From: Steroidobacteraceae bacterium
GTDB taxonomy: Bacteria > Pseudomonadota > Gammaproteobacteria > Steroidobacterales > Steroidobacteraceae
Direction of reading: 5' to 3'
Assembly: GCA_050179155.1 (NCBI GenBank)
Contig: JBFXFJ010000005.1
Span: 108,012 to 172,011, forward strand
Length of the DNA: 64,000 nucleotides
Every line of letters starts with the position of its first letter. Position 1 is the stretch's first letter. The notes under the pieces were generated by a model that was not told where the DNA came from, did no database searches, and worked only from the letters and a program-made list of their open reading frames with translations. Of this stretch, positions 30,185-39,212 are shown piece after piece. The translations under genes and the position numbers were made by a program.

Positions 30185-30212
30185 CGTCTTCGCCGCAGCG
30201 CGGGCGGAGCCA

Positions 30213-31253
30213 TCAGACCCGCGTGGTCCAACCCGCCGGCGTCGGGACCTCGCCGAGTTGCATTGAAACCAGGGCGCTGCGCAGGCGCCGCGTGTGGGGC
30301 CCGATCTCGCCGGTCCCGACCGGGTACTCGCGCCCGCCGCTTCGCACCAGCGTGCCGACCCCGGCCAGCACGGCCGCGGTCCCGGACAGCGCCGCCTCCC
30401 CGTCCCTGACCCAGTCCAGCATCTCGTCGACCGTGAACACGCGCTCCTCGACCTTGAAGCCAAGCTGCGGCGCGATCGTCAACAGGGAATCGCGGGTCAC
30501 GCCGTGCAGGAACGTGGTGTCGAGGCTGCGCGTCAGGATCTTCCCTTCGCGGATCAGCAGGAAGTTCGCGGCACCGGTCTCCTGCACCGAGCCGCCCGGG
30601 CAGAAAACGACCTGATCGGCCTGATGCTGCTGCCGCGCCATGATCGTCGGGCCGAGAGCGGCGGCGTAGTTGCCGCCGGTCTTGATCATGCCCATCTGGG
30701 AGGCCGTGCGAGTCGCCTGCTCCTCGACGTAGATGCGAAGCGGCTTCGGGCCCTTGGTGAAGTAGTCCCAAACCGGGCTCGCGAGCACGATCAGCATCGC
30801 CTCGGTCGCAGGCGAAGTTGCCCCGCCAATGCCCGCACCCGTGCCAAACAGCATCGGGCGCAGGTACAGCGCGCCCGGCGGCTCCGGGACTTCGTCGCGG
30901 ACGCGGTCGACGACCGCTTTCACCATGTCGGCAAGTTGCGCCGGGTCCGGCACCGGCAGCACGAGGCCGCGGGCGCTCTGGCACAGGCGCGCAACGTGGC
31001 GGTCCAACCGGAAGATGTTGATGCTGCCGTCTGCCCAGCGATAGGCCTTGAACCCCTCGAAGCAGGTGCTGCCGTAATGCAGGCCGTGGATTGCCGGCGA
31101 CAGCTCGATCGGCCCGTATTTGCGCAGTTCCTGCGGCGACCACCTGCCGTCGCGCCAGGTCGCGAGCGCCATCGTGCTGGCCAGCACGGTGCCAAAGGCC
31201 GGTCGGTTCGCGGGATCGGATGGGCTGCGGGCCTGCATGACCTGTGCGTTCAT
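30213..31253 (-). CDS. ilvE: branched-chain amino acid aminotransferase (long, class IV)
   Basis: 346 aa with motifs LHYGSTCFEGFKAYR, IFRLDRHVARL and GGNYAAAL. Confidence 0.85.
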   Translation of the reverse strand: MNAQVMQARSPSDPANRPAFGTVLASTMALATWRDGRWSPQELRKYGPIELSPAIHGLHYGSTCFEGFKAYRWADGSINIFRLDRHVARLCQSARGLVLPVPDPAQLADMVKAVVDRVRDEVPEPPGALYLRPMLFGTGAGIGGATSPATEAMLIVLASPVWDYFTKGPKPLRIYVEEQATRTASQMGMIKTGGNYAAALGPTIMARQQHQADQVVFCPGGSVQETGAANFLLIREGKILTRSLDTTFLHGVTRDSLLTIAPQLGFKVEERVFTVDEMLDWVRDGEAALSGTAAVLAGVGTLVRSGGREYPVGTGEIGPHTRRLRSALVSMQLGEVPTPAGWTTRV

Positions 31254-31260
31254 GGGTTGG

Positions 31261-32499
31261 TCATTCCTGTATGAAGATCGTGGCGGGGTGTTCGAGGCGC
31301 TCCTTGAGCGCCTGGATCATGGCGGCGGCGTCGAAGCCGTCGACGAACCGGTGATCGAACGACGAGGAGAGGTTCATGATGCGGCGCACGGCGATCGCGC
31401 CATTGGCAACGACCGGCCGCTCGACGGCCTTGTTGACGCCGATGATCGCGACTTCCGGCGCATTGATGACCGGGGTCGAGGCGATGCCGCCGAGCCGGCC
31501 GAGGCTCGTGACCGTGATCGTCGAACCGGTGAGCTCATCGCGCGTCGCCTTGTTGCTGCGGGCCGCCTCGCTGACGCGGCGCATCTCCGCGGCGAGGTCG
31601 GCGAGCGAGCGGGACTCGGCGTTGCGCACGACCGGCACCTTGAGGCCGTCCGGCGTCTGGGTTGCGACGCCGACATGGACGGCGGCATGCCGCACGATCA
31701 GGTTGCGCTCGGAATCATAGATGGCGTTGCACTGGGGGAAGTCCTCCAGCACCCGCGTCAGGGCCGCCACCAGGAACGGCAGGTAGGTGAATGACGGGGC
31801 GCCCTTCGGCTGGCGACCGTTCAGGTACTGGCGCAGGGACTCGAGTTCCGTGACGTCCACTTCCTCGACATAGGCGAAGTGCGGGATGTTGCGCTTGGCG
31901 GCGCTCAAGCGCTCCGCAATCACGCGGCGCACGCCGATGACCTTGATTTCCTCGGTGCCGCTGCGCACCGCGCGCACGGCCGGCCTGGCCACCGAACCGG
32001 ACTTGCCGGCGATGACCGACTCGATGTCCTGCGCGGAAATGCGCCCGCCGGGGCCGGTGCCGTTGACCGTCGCAAGATCGACGCCGGCGACATGCGCCTT
32101 GCGCCGCGTAGCCGGCGAAGCCATCACGCGCGACGCGCCTGCGGCAGCCGGGGCCGTCGGCGGGGAAGCAGCCGCTGCTGCAGCGACCGGCGCTGCGGCC
32201 TGCACGACGGGCGCGGGTTGCTTCGCTGGCGTCGCCGGCATTTCAGCAGGCGCCGCGCCGGATGTGTCGAATGCGATCAGTTCGGAACCGACCGCGACCA
32301 TGTCGCCCGGCTGCCCGGTAATGGCCACGACTCGCCCGCTGACCGGCGCCGGGATCTCGACCGCCGCCTTGTCGGTCATGACCTCGGCGATGATCTGGTC
32401 TTCCTTGACCGTGTCGCCGACCTTGACCTTCCACTCGACGACTTCGGCCGAGACCGTGCCTTCCCCGAGGTCCGGCATCTTGAAGACGAAACGGCTCAT
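31261..32499 (-). CDS. bkdB: branched-chain 2-oxoacid dehydrogenase E2 (dihydrolipoyl transacylase)
   Basis: Start at the ATG at 32499. Lipoyl domain FKMPDLGEGTVSAEVVEWKV...EVMTDKAAVEI, an Ala/Pro linker, and the catalytic SFDHRFVDG. Confidence 0.9.
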   Translation of the reverse strand: MSRFVFKMPDLGEGTVSAEVVEWKVKVGDTVKEDQIIAEVMTDKAAVEIPAPVSGRVVAITGQPGDMVAVGSELIAFDTSGAAPAEMPATPAKQPAPVVQAAAPVAAAAAASPPTAPAAAGASRVMASPATRRKAHVAGVDLATVNGTGPGGRISAQDIESVIAGKSGSVARPAVRAVRSGTEEIKVIGVRRVIAERLSAAKRNIPHFAYVEEVDVTELESLRQYLNGRQPKGAPSFTYLPFLVAALTRVLEDFPQCNAIYDSERNLIVRHAAVHVGVATQTPDGLKVPVVRNAESRSLADLAAEMRRVSEAARSNKATRDELTGSTITVTSLGRLGGIASTPVINAPEVAIIGVNKAVERPVVANGAIAVRRIMNLSSSFDHRFVDGFDAAAMIQALKERLEHPATIFIQE

Positions 32500-33512
32500 G
32501 AAGTCTCCATCGCGGCCTTGAGCGCCTTGGCGACGCGCGCCTGCCCGGGAAAATACTCCCATTCGAAGGCATGCGGATAGGGCGTGTCCCAGCCGGCCAC
32601 GCGCAGGATTGGCGCCTGCAGGTTCCAGAAGCACTGCTCCTGGATGGTTGCCGAAAGCTCGGCGCCGAAGCCTGCGAATCGCGTGGCCTCGTGGACGATG
32701 ACGCAACGGCCGGTCCGGGCGACCGAGCTGCAGATCGTGTCGGTATCCAGCGGCACCATCGTGCGCACGTCGATGATCTCCGCGTCGAGTCCGAGGCCGC
32801 GGGCCGCGGCCTCGCTGACATGCACCATCGTGCCATAGGTGATGATGGTGAGGTCGCTGCCGGGACGGACGATTTCGGCCTTGCCGAGCGGCACGCTGTA
32901 GTGGCCTTCCGGCACCTCGCCCTTCGGGTGCGCGCTCCAGGGCACGGCCGGCTTGTGCGGATCGCCGTCGAAGGGGCCGTTGTAAATGCGCTTGGGCTCG
33001 AAGTAGATGACCGGATCGTCGTCCTCGATCGCCGCAATCAGCAGGCCCTTGGCATCGTAGGGGTTCGACGGCATCACCACCTTGAGGCCCGCGACGTGGG
33101 CGAACAGCGCCTCCGGGCTCTGCGAATGCGTCTGGCCGCCGCGGATGCCGCCGCCGCAGGGCGTGCGCACGGTCACCGGCGCGAAGAACTCGCCGGCGCT
33201 GCGATAGCGCAGGCGCGCAAGCTCGCTGACGATCTGGTCATAGGCCGGATAAATGTAGTCGGCAAACTGGATTTCCGCGACCGGTCGCAGCCCGTTGACG
33301 GCCATGCCGATCGCGGCGGCCAGGATGCCGCCTTCCGCGATGGGCGTGTCGAGCACCCGGCTCTCACCGTACTTGCGCTGCAGGCCCTCGGTGCAGCGGA
33401 ACACGCCGCCGAAATAGCCGACGTCCTCTCCGAGGACGACGACCGAAGGGTCCCGGCCCAGCATGATGTCCATGGCCGAGTTCAGCGCATGGATCATGTT
33501 CATCTGCGCCAT
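32496..33512 (-). CDS. bkdA2: 2-oxoisovalerate dehydrogenase E1 beta subunit
   Basis: 338 aa: MNMIHALNSAMD..., VLGEDVGYFGGVFRCT. ATGA overlap with bkdB. Confidence 0.9.
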   Translation of the reverse strand: MAQMNMIHALNSAMDIMLGRDPSVVVLGEDVGYFGGVFRCTEGLQRKYGESRVLDTPIAEGGILAAAIGMAVNGLRPVAEIQFADYIYPAYDQIVSELARLRYRSAGEFFAPVTVRTPCGGGIRGGQTHSQSPEALFAHVAGLKVVMPSNPYDAKGLLIAAIEDDDPVIYFEPKRIYNGPFDGDPHKPAVPWSAHPKGEVPEGHYSVPLGKAEIVRPGSDLTIITYGTMVHVSEAAARGLGLDAEIIDVRTMVPLDTDTICSSVARTGRCVIVHEATRFAGFGAELSATIQEQCFWNLQAPILRVAGWDTPYPHAFEWEYFPGQARVAKALKAAMETS

Positions 33513-33516
33513 GGTC

Positions 33517-34758
33517 TCAGTCTCCCGCCAGCTCGGCGCGCAGGTCGGCAGCCTGCCGGCGCAGGTGCGCGGGCATATCGCGGAAGACGTCCTCGAACAT
33601 CAGCTGCGGATCGAGCCGCGGCGCATCGGTGAGCGTGCCGTAGCTGACCGCCTCCTTCCAGGATTTCGCAAAATGTTCTTCCAGCTCGGTGGTGAGCGCG
33701 GCGTGGCGCTCCTCGGACCACTCGCCGAGCCCGATCAGGTGGTTCTTGAGGCGCTCGACCGGGTCGCCGAGCGGGAAGCGCTCGTAGTCGTCCTTCGGGC
33801 GGTAGCGCGCCGGGTCGTCGCTGGTGGAATGCGCCGCGGCGCGGTAGGTGACGTGCTCGATCAACGTCGGGCCGGCACCGGTGCGCGCGCGTTCCGCCGC
33901 CCACTGCGTCACGGCATGCACGGCCAGGAAGTCGTTGCCGTCCACGCGCACGCCGGCGATCCCGAATCCCGGCCCGCGCGCCGCAAACGTCTGGCGCTCG
34001 CCGCCGGCGTGGCCCTGGAACGTGGAGATCGCCCACTGGTTGTTGACGACGTTCAGGATCACCGGCGCCTTGTAGACGGATGCGAACAGGAGCGCATGGT
34101 GGAAGTCGGCCTCGGCGCTCGAGCCCTCGCCGAGCCAGCTGACTGCGATCGCGTCCTGGCCCTTGATCGCCGCCGCCATCGCCCAGCCGACGGCCTGCGG
34201 GAACTGGGTCGCGAGATTGCCGGAGATCGAGAAGATGTTGCCCTCGCGCCAGTGGTACATCACCGGCAACTGGCGGCCCTTGCACATGTCGCGCGTGTTG
34301 GAGAGCAGCTGGCACATGAGGTCGAGGATCGGCCGGCCGCGCGCGACGTACAGGCCCTGGTTGCGGTACGAAGGAAACAGCATGTCCGAGGGCCGAAGCG
34401 CCATCGCCATCGCGACCGACACGGCCTCTTCGCCCAGCGAGCGCATGTAGAAGGAGATCTTTCCCGAGCGCTGGATGCGCTGCATGCGGTCGTCGAATAC
34501 GCGCGTCAGCAGCATGTGGCGCAAGCCGACCTGCAGTTCCTGCGGATCGAGGTGCGGGTGCCAAGGACCAACCGCCAGGTACCGGTCATCCAGGACGCGG
34601 ACCAGTTCTTCGGACAGGAATCGCACTTCGCTCGAAGGCGCAGAAGCATCCGGCCGTGCCGTCTTGCCCGCGGGCGACAGCTTCAGGTAAGCGAAATCGG
34701 GCGCTTCACCCGGGCGCGCCGGGGTCCTCGGCACATGCAGTCGGGACTGGCTGACCAT
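33517..34758 (-). CDS. bkdA1: 2-oxoisovalerate dehydrogenase E1 alpha subunit (TPP)
   Basis: Start at the ATG at 34758, preceded by AAGGAG. TPP-binding region GEGSSAEADFHHALLFASVYKAPVILNVVNNQWAIST. Confidence 0.9.
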   Translation of the reverse strand: MVSQSRLHVPRTPARPGEAPDFAYLKLSPAGKTARPDASAPSSEVRFLSEELVRVLDDRYLAVGPWHPHLDPQELQVGLRHMLLTRVFDDRMQRIQRSGKISFYMRSLGEEAVSVAMAMALRPSDMLFPSYRNQGLYVARGRPILDLMCQLLSNTRDMCKGRQLPVMYHWREGNIFSISGNLATQFPQAVGWAMAAAIKGQDAIAVSWLGEGSSAEADFHHALLFASVYKAPVILNVVNNQWAISTFQGHAGGERQTFAARGPGFGIAGVRVDGNDFLAVHAVTQWAAERARTGAGPTLIEHVTYRAAAHSTSDDPARYRPKDDYERFPLGDPVERLKNHLIGLGEWSEERHAALTTELEEHFAKSWKEAVSYGTLTDAPRLDPQLMFEDVFRDMPAHLRRQAADLRAELAGD

Positions 34759-34885
34759 GGGCTCCTTACGGCGCAGGCGGGCCTCGGAAACAGGCCGGTA
34801 TGCTACGCGCCTGGTCCGTCGAAACAGGGCTTTCTTGTGCTGTAATGCAAAAAGATGAAATAATAATTCGTTAATTGGTGAAAAT
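34759..34885. promoter_or_regulatory. divergent bkdR / bkdA1 control region
   Basis: A 127-nt stretch that is unusually A+T-rich for this window (..aatgcaaaaagatgaaataataattcgttaattggtgaaaat..), between an Lrp-type regulator gene and the bkd operon. Confidence 0.5.
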
Positions 34886-35371
34886 ATGAAAAATACAGTA
34901 CGAAACCCGATCGACGCCCTGGATCGCCGCATCCTGGACGCGCTGCAGCGCGACGGGGCGCTTTCGGCCGCCGACGTGGCTTCCAAAGTCGGCCTCTCGA
35001 CGACCACCTGCTGGCGGCGCATCCAGCAGCTCGAGCAGGACGGCGTGATCAGGAAGCGCGTCGCGCTCCTCGACCGCGAAGCGCTCGGTCTCGACGTGAT
35101 GGTCTACGTCAACGTGCGGCTGTCCACGCAGGGGCGCGATGCGCTCGCGCAGTTCGAGAAAGCGATCCGCGACCGCCCCGAAGTACTCGACTGCTGCACG
35201 CTGACCGGCGAATGGGATTTCTGCCTGCGCATCGTCACGCATGACATGAAAGAGTACGAAGCGTTCTTCCTCGACCACCTTTCCAAGATCCCGAACGTGC
35301 AATCGGTCAATTCGTCCATCGTCGTCACCGTGATCAAGGAGTCGACAGTGCTGCCGCTGGCGCGGGAGTAA
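34886..35371 (+). CDS. bkdR: Lrp/AsnC family transcriptional regulator (BkdR-like)
   Basis: 161 aa with the HTH region LDRRILDALQRDGALSAADVASKVGLSTTTCWRRIQQLEQDGVI and a C-terminal RAM domain. It is divergent from the bkd operon. Confidence 0.85.
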   Translation: MKNTVRNPIDALDRRILDALQRDGALSAADVASKVGLSTTTCWRRIQQLEQDGVIRKRVALLDREALGLDVMVYVNVRLSTQGRDALAQFEKAIRDRPEVLDCCTLTGEWDFCLRIVTHDMKEYEAFFLDHLSKIPNVQSVNSSIVVTVIKESTVLPLARE

Positions 35372-35373
35372 CC

Positions 35374-35389
35374 AGGTATCACTTTTGCA
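35374..35389 (+). promoter_or_regulatory. possible sigma-54 type -24/-12 element
   Basis: aGGtatcacttTTGCa: GG (35375-6) and GC (35387-8) have the canonical spacing, about 70 nt upstream of the OMP gene ATG. Sequence match only. Confidence 0.25.
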
Positions 35390-35457
35390 ACTTTCATTTT
35401 GCAGTGCACAGTCGCGAAGGAAAAGGATTCTTCCCCCTACCCTCTTGGAGAATTCTG

Positions 35458-36078
35458 ATGAACAAGGTTACGTTGGCGGTCGCGGCGGCCCTCGCGCTCG
35501 TCGCAACACCGGCGCTGGCGGCCGATGAGGCTGGTTTCTACGCCGGCGTGGGCGCCGGCATTTTCAACGTCGACATCGACGACGACGCAGTCGACGACGC
35601 CATTGACGACGCGCTTGGCGACGACGATACGGGTTTCCGTGTTTTCGGCGGCTGGCAGTTCAACCAGTATTTCGGCATTGAAGGCGGCTACGACGGCGGC
35701 GCAGGCATCGACGGGACGGTCGGCGACATCGCCGTCGACGGCATCGAAGCGGACTTGGATGTCGACGTGTCGGGCTTCGACCTCATGCTGGTCGGCACGC
35801 TGCCGATTGGCGATGCGTTCTATGGGTTCGCGAAGGCCGGCGTCCTGTTCTGGGACATAGAGGCCGACGCCGTGATTCGTGAAGACGACGGCGAAGGCGG
35901 CGTAATCACGACGACAGAAAGCGGCGATGACAGTGGTGAGGACCCGGCCTTTGGCGTGGGTTTCGGCATGAACCTGGGTGAAAATGCCCGAGTGCAGGTT
36001 GAGTACACCGACTACCATTTCACGTCGGATGTCGACGGCAACTTCATTTCCGGCAGCTTCGTCTGGCGCTTCAAATAA
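35458..36078 (+). CDS. small outer-membrane beta-barrel protein, very acidic loops
   Basis: Start at the ATG at 35458, after GGAG. Signal peptide MNKVTLAVAAALALVATPALA, alternating beta-strand pattern, Asp-rich loop DIDDDAVDDAIDDALGDDD, and C-terminus ..GSFVWRFK. Confidence 0.6.
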   Translation: MNKVTLAVAAALALVATPALAADEAGFYAGVGAGIFNVDIDDDAVDDAIDDALGDDDTGFRVFGGWQFNQYFGIEGGYDGGAGIDGTVGDIAVDGIEADLDVDVSGFDLMLVGTLPIGDAFYGFAKAGVLFWDIEADAVIREDDGEGGVITTTESGDDSGEDPAFGVGFGMNLGENARVQVEYTDYHFTSDVDGNFISGSFVWRFK

Positions 36079-36110
36079 GCCGCGGGCCGGATAGTCGCGA
36101 GTTGGACGAG

Positions 36111-36140
36111 AGGCCCGCCGCAAGGCGGGCCTTTCCTTTT
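36111..36140 (+). terminator. rho-independent terminator
   Basis: Perfect 9-bp stem aggcccgcc / ggcgggcct with loop gcaa, followed by ttcctttt. Confidence 0.8.
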
Positions 36141-36202
36141 GTGGCCGCGCCGCCTGGCGCATAATTCCGGGCAAAAGGCTATCGACCTGGAAGGAACGAT
36201 GC

Positions 36203-36916
36203 ATGACAAACCCTGAGCTGCTATACCGAGTGGCACGCATTGCATTGGTCACTGCGAGCCTGGCAATGCCATTTACGCTCGCCCACGCTGCCGACGACGC
36301 ATTACCTGAGGTCACCGATGACGGCCTGCATCTGCAGAAATCCCGCGACGCGCGCGTTGTCTATGTCCGCCCCGGCGCGACGCTCGAGCCGTACAAGCGG
36401 GTTGCCATCCTGGAATGCTACGTCGAGTTCGAGAGGGACTGGCAACGCCGCTATAACCAGTCGGCCTCGATCGGCGCCCGCCTGACCGATGCGGACGCCG
36501 ACAAGATCAAATCGGCGATCGCTGCCGAGTTCAAGAAGGTCTTCACGGACGAATTGCAGACCAAGGGCGGCTACCAGGTCGTCGACGTGGCCGCGCCCGA
36601 TGTGATGATCCTGCGCCCGGCGCTGGTCAACGTGGTCGTGACGGCGCCCGACATCGCCAACAGCGGCATGACCCGCACGATCGTCTCATCCGCCGGGCAG
36701 ATGACGCTGTTCCTCGAGTTGTACGACTCGGTGAGCAGCCAGATCCTGGCACGGATCATCGACCCGAAAGCCGATCCGTCCGGATTTGCACAGCGCGCCA
36801 GCCGCGTAACGAACAAGGCGGCAGCCGACGAGATGCTGCGCGAGTGGGCGCAGAAGCTGCGCAGGCATCTGGATGCGGTGAACGGCGCGCAGGCGGCCGT
36901 TCCCGCAGAGAGCTGA
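36203..36916 (+). CDS. secreted protein, DUF3313-like
   Basis: 237 aa with a signal peptide ending ..LAHA. Size and sequence pattern are reminiscent of DUF3313 proteins. This assignment is from memory, not from a search. Confidence 0.45.
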   Translation: MTNPELLYRVARIALVTASLAMPFTLAHAADDALPEVTDDGLHLQKSRDARVVYVRPGATLEPYKRVAILECYVEFERDWQRRYNQSASIGARLTDADADKIKSAIAAEFKKVFTDELQTKGGYQVVDVAAPDVMILRPALVNVVVTAPDIANSGMTRTIVSSAGQMTLFLELYDSVSSQILARIIDPKADPSGFAQRASRVTNKAAADEMLREWAQKLRRHLDAVNGAQAAVPAES

Positions 36917-36920
36917 CCAG

Positions 36921-36937
36921 CGCCGGGACGCCCGGCG
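36921..36937. terminator. GC hairpin between convergent stops
   Basis: cgccggg-acg-cccggcg (7-bp stem), located exactly between the stop at 36916 and the stop at 36938. There is no U tract. Confidence 0.35.
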
Positions 36938-39193
36938 TTACTGGCAACTGGCCGGCGTCAGCGAGTCGATCCAGGCGCCGATCAACTGCACGCCGGCATC
37001 ATCCACCCTGTTGCTGGCGATCGGCGGCATCATGTCCGGATCGTTGCGGCGATTCATGCGCGCGAGCAGCACCGATCGGGCGTCATCGCCGGGCGCGATG
37101 ATGCGCGCATTCGCGATGCCGAGGTCTCCGCGCGACGGCGCAACGTCACAGGCCCCGGTCTGCGCGAGCGGCGTGTCGTGGTGCAGATCGAGGTTGACGC
37201 CGGTAGGTCCGCCTGCCCGATGACAGTTCGCGCAATTCGTGTGCAGGTAGCTTCGCGCGCGTGCGGTGAGGCTTTGGCTGGTATCTGCGGGATCCGCGTA
37301 GGCAGGCGGATTGGCGGCCACCGGTGGCGACAGCACGTTGACGGCGTTCAGCGTCGTAATCTGGTTTGCCGTCCGTCCGGTCTGCGGATAGGTGTGGTTG
37401 CCGTTCTGCTGGGCAGTCTCGAGCCCCAGGCTGAAGCCCGCGGCCTGCGTGTGACACTGCATGCACTGCGCTTCGCTCGGGAAAATCCAGGTCTGGCCGC
37501 CGACATTGACCGTGCCGCCGCCTGTCACGCGCATCGCCTCGGTCTGCGCCTGGTTCCACTGGTAGGTGTATCCCGCCCAGACGCCGTCCGGATGGCGCAT
37601 GAAAAGCCGCGTCTCGACCAGCTGGTTGCCGACGCGAAAATGCTTGACCAGCACCGTGCCGTTCGGGGGTTGCCAGTCGCCGCTGCCCTGCACCGCAATG
37701 TTCACGCCGTTCGGCAGGCCGATCCAGCGTTCTTTCGACGCGCCATCCGACCAAAAGGCCGCATTTGGGCGGTACGGAATCAGCGACAGCAGTGGCGGTG
37801 CACCGGCGGAACTGGTGTTGACGCAACCGGTCTGCGATAGCTGCTGCGGCACGTTGTCGCCGCCGCCGCCGGCCTGCGTGAACACGAGCCGGAAGAGCTG
37901 GCCGCGGACAAAATCCACGGCATACAACTCGCCGGTCGTGCTTTCGCCGAAGGCAGAGATATTGAGCAGGCCCGGCGCGCCCGGCGGCGCCTGGCCCGGC
38001 TCCACGTGCCGGGTAATCGTGTAGCTGCCACCGGCGGCCGGCGCCAGCGATGCGATCATGCCGCTCTCGAAGTCCGCAAAGACGTAACGACCGAAGATCT
38101 CCGTGGTCTGCGTGCCGCGATAGACATAGCCGCCGGTGATCGCCGCGCCGAATGCGTGGCTGTACTCGGCGACCGGATCGATCAGGTCCGTCGTCTGGCA
38201 GTTCGAAGGTGGCTCGAAGCAGTGCGCACCCTCGCGGTGGTCCCAGCCGTAGTTGCCGCCGCGGGTCAGGATGTCGATTTCCTCCCACGAGCCCTGGCCG
38301 ACATCGGCAACCCATTGCATGCCGGTCTGGCGGTCGAAACTCCAGCGCCAGGGATTGCGCAGGCCGAGCGCGTAGATCTCGGGGCATTCCTGTGAACCGC
38401 TGCCATTGACGTTGCAAAGCGCATTGCCAACGAATGGATTGTTCGGCGGGATACCGTACGGCAGCTCCGCAGAATTGACGTCGATACGCAGCATCTTGCC
38501 GAGCAGGCGCATCGGGTTCTGGGCGTTCTCCTGCGGGTCGCCGCCGCCGCCACCGTCCCCGAGTCCGAGGTAAAGGAATCCATCCGGCCCGAAATGGAGC
38601 TGGCCGCCGTTGTGGTTGTCGGCCGGCTTGTTGACGGTCAGCAGAACCCGTTCTGAACTCGGGTCCAGGGTGAGCCCGCCGTCCGGACTCGTGAACTCGG
38701 ACGTGATCGAGCGGAACTGCGGGTCGTTGTAGTTGATGTACACGCGGTTGGTCGCCGGGAAATCCGGGTGGAATGCGAGTCCCAGCATGCCGCACTCGCA
38801 TTGCCCGAGCCGGACCACGCGGTCGCGGATGTCGAGGAACACCTGCGTCGTCGTCACAGTCGGGTTGTTGGCGAACACCCGGATGATTCCGGGCTTCTCG
38901 AGCACGAACCAGCGCGTATCGTCGTCGGGGGCCTGGAGCATCTGCACAGGTTCGGTGAAGGCGGGCAGGCTCGGAAATACCTGCTGAACCGAAACCGTGG
39001 AAGTCCCCGTCCCGCGAACCGGCGCAACACAAGTCGTATTGTTGGGCCGCGAGTCGAGCCCGGAACCCGGTGGTGGCGGCGGCGGCGGCGGCGGTGGATT
39101 TCCGCCGCCTCCTCCACCTCCGCTACCGCATGAAAGCAGGAAGGCGGCGACGCACACCGGCAGGATCGCCTGAATCAACCTGCTGAAATGCAT
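36938..39193 (-). CDS. lipoprotein: PQQ-dependent sugar (sorbosone/glucose) dehydrogenase beta-propeller fused to a C-terminal dihaem cytochrome c domain
   Basis: Start at the ATG at 39193. Lipobox LLSC, then a G7-N-P10 linker. GSDH motifs GLAFHPDF, NHNGGQLHFGPDGFLYLGLGDGG and ALGLRNPWRWSFD. Two haem c sites, CMQCH and CANCH. Confidence 0.8.
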   Translation of the reverse strand: MHFSRLIQAILPVCVAAFLLSCGSGGGGGGGNPPPPPPPPPPGSGLDSRPNNTTCVAPVRGTGTSTVSVQQVFPSLPAFTEPVQMLQAPDDDTRWFVLEKPGIIRVFANNPTVTTTQVFLDIRDRVVRLGQCECGMLGLAFHPDFPATNRVYINYNDPQFRSITSEFTSPDGGLTLDPSSERVLLTVNKPADNHNGGQLHFGPDGFLYLGLGDGGGGGDPQENAQNPMRLLGKMLRIDVNSAELPYGIPPNNPFVGNALCNVNGSGSQECPEIYALGLRNPWRWSFDRQTGMQWVADVGQGSWEEIDILTRGGNYGWDHREGAHCFEPPSNCQTTDLIDPVAEYSHAFGAAITGGYVYRGTQTTEIFGRYVFADFESGMIASLAPAAGGSYTITRHVEPGQAPPGAPGLLNISAFGESTTGELYAVDFVRGQLFRLVFTQAGGGGDNVPQQLSQTGCVNTSSAGAPPLLSLIPYRPNAAFWSDGASKERWIGLPNGVNIAVQGSGDWQPPNGTVLVKHFRVGNQLVETRLFMRHPDGVWAGYTYQWNQAQTEAMRVTGGGTVNVGGQTWIFPSEAQCMQCHTQAAGFSLGLETAQQNGNHTYPQTGRTANQITTLNAVNVLSPPVAANPPAYADPADTSQSLTARARSYLHTNCANCHRAGGPTGVNLDLHHDTPLAQTGACDVAPSRGDLGIANARIIAPGDDARSVLLARMNRRNDPDMMPPIASNRVDDAGVQLIGAWIDSLTPASCQ

Positions 39194-39212
39194 GCCTGAC
39201 ACTCCCTGGCCC

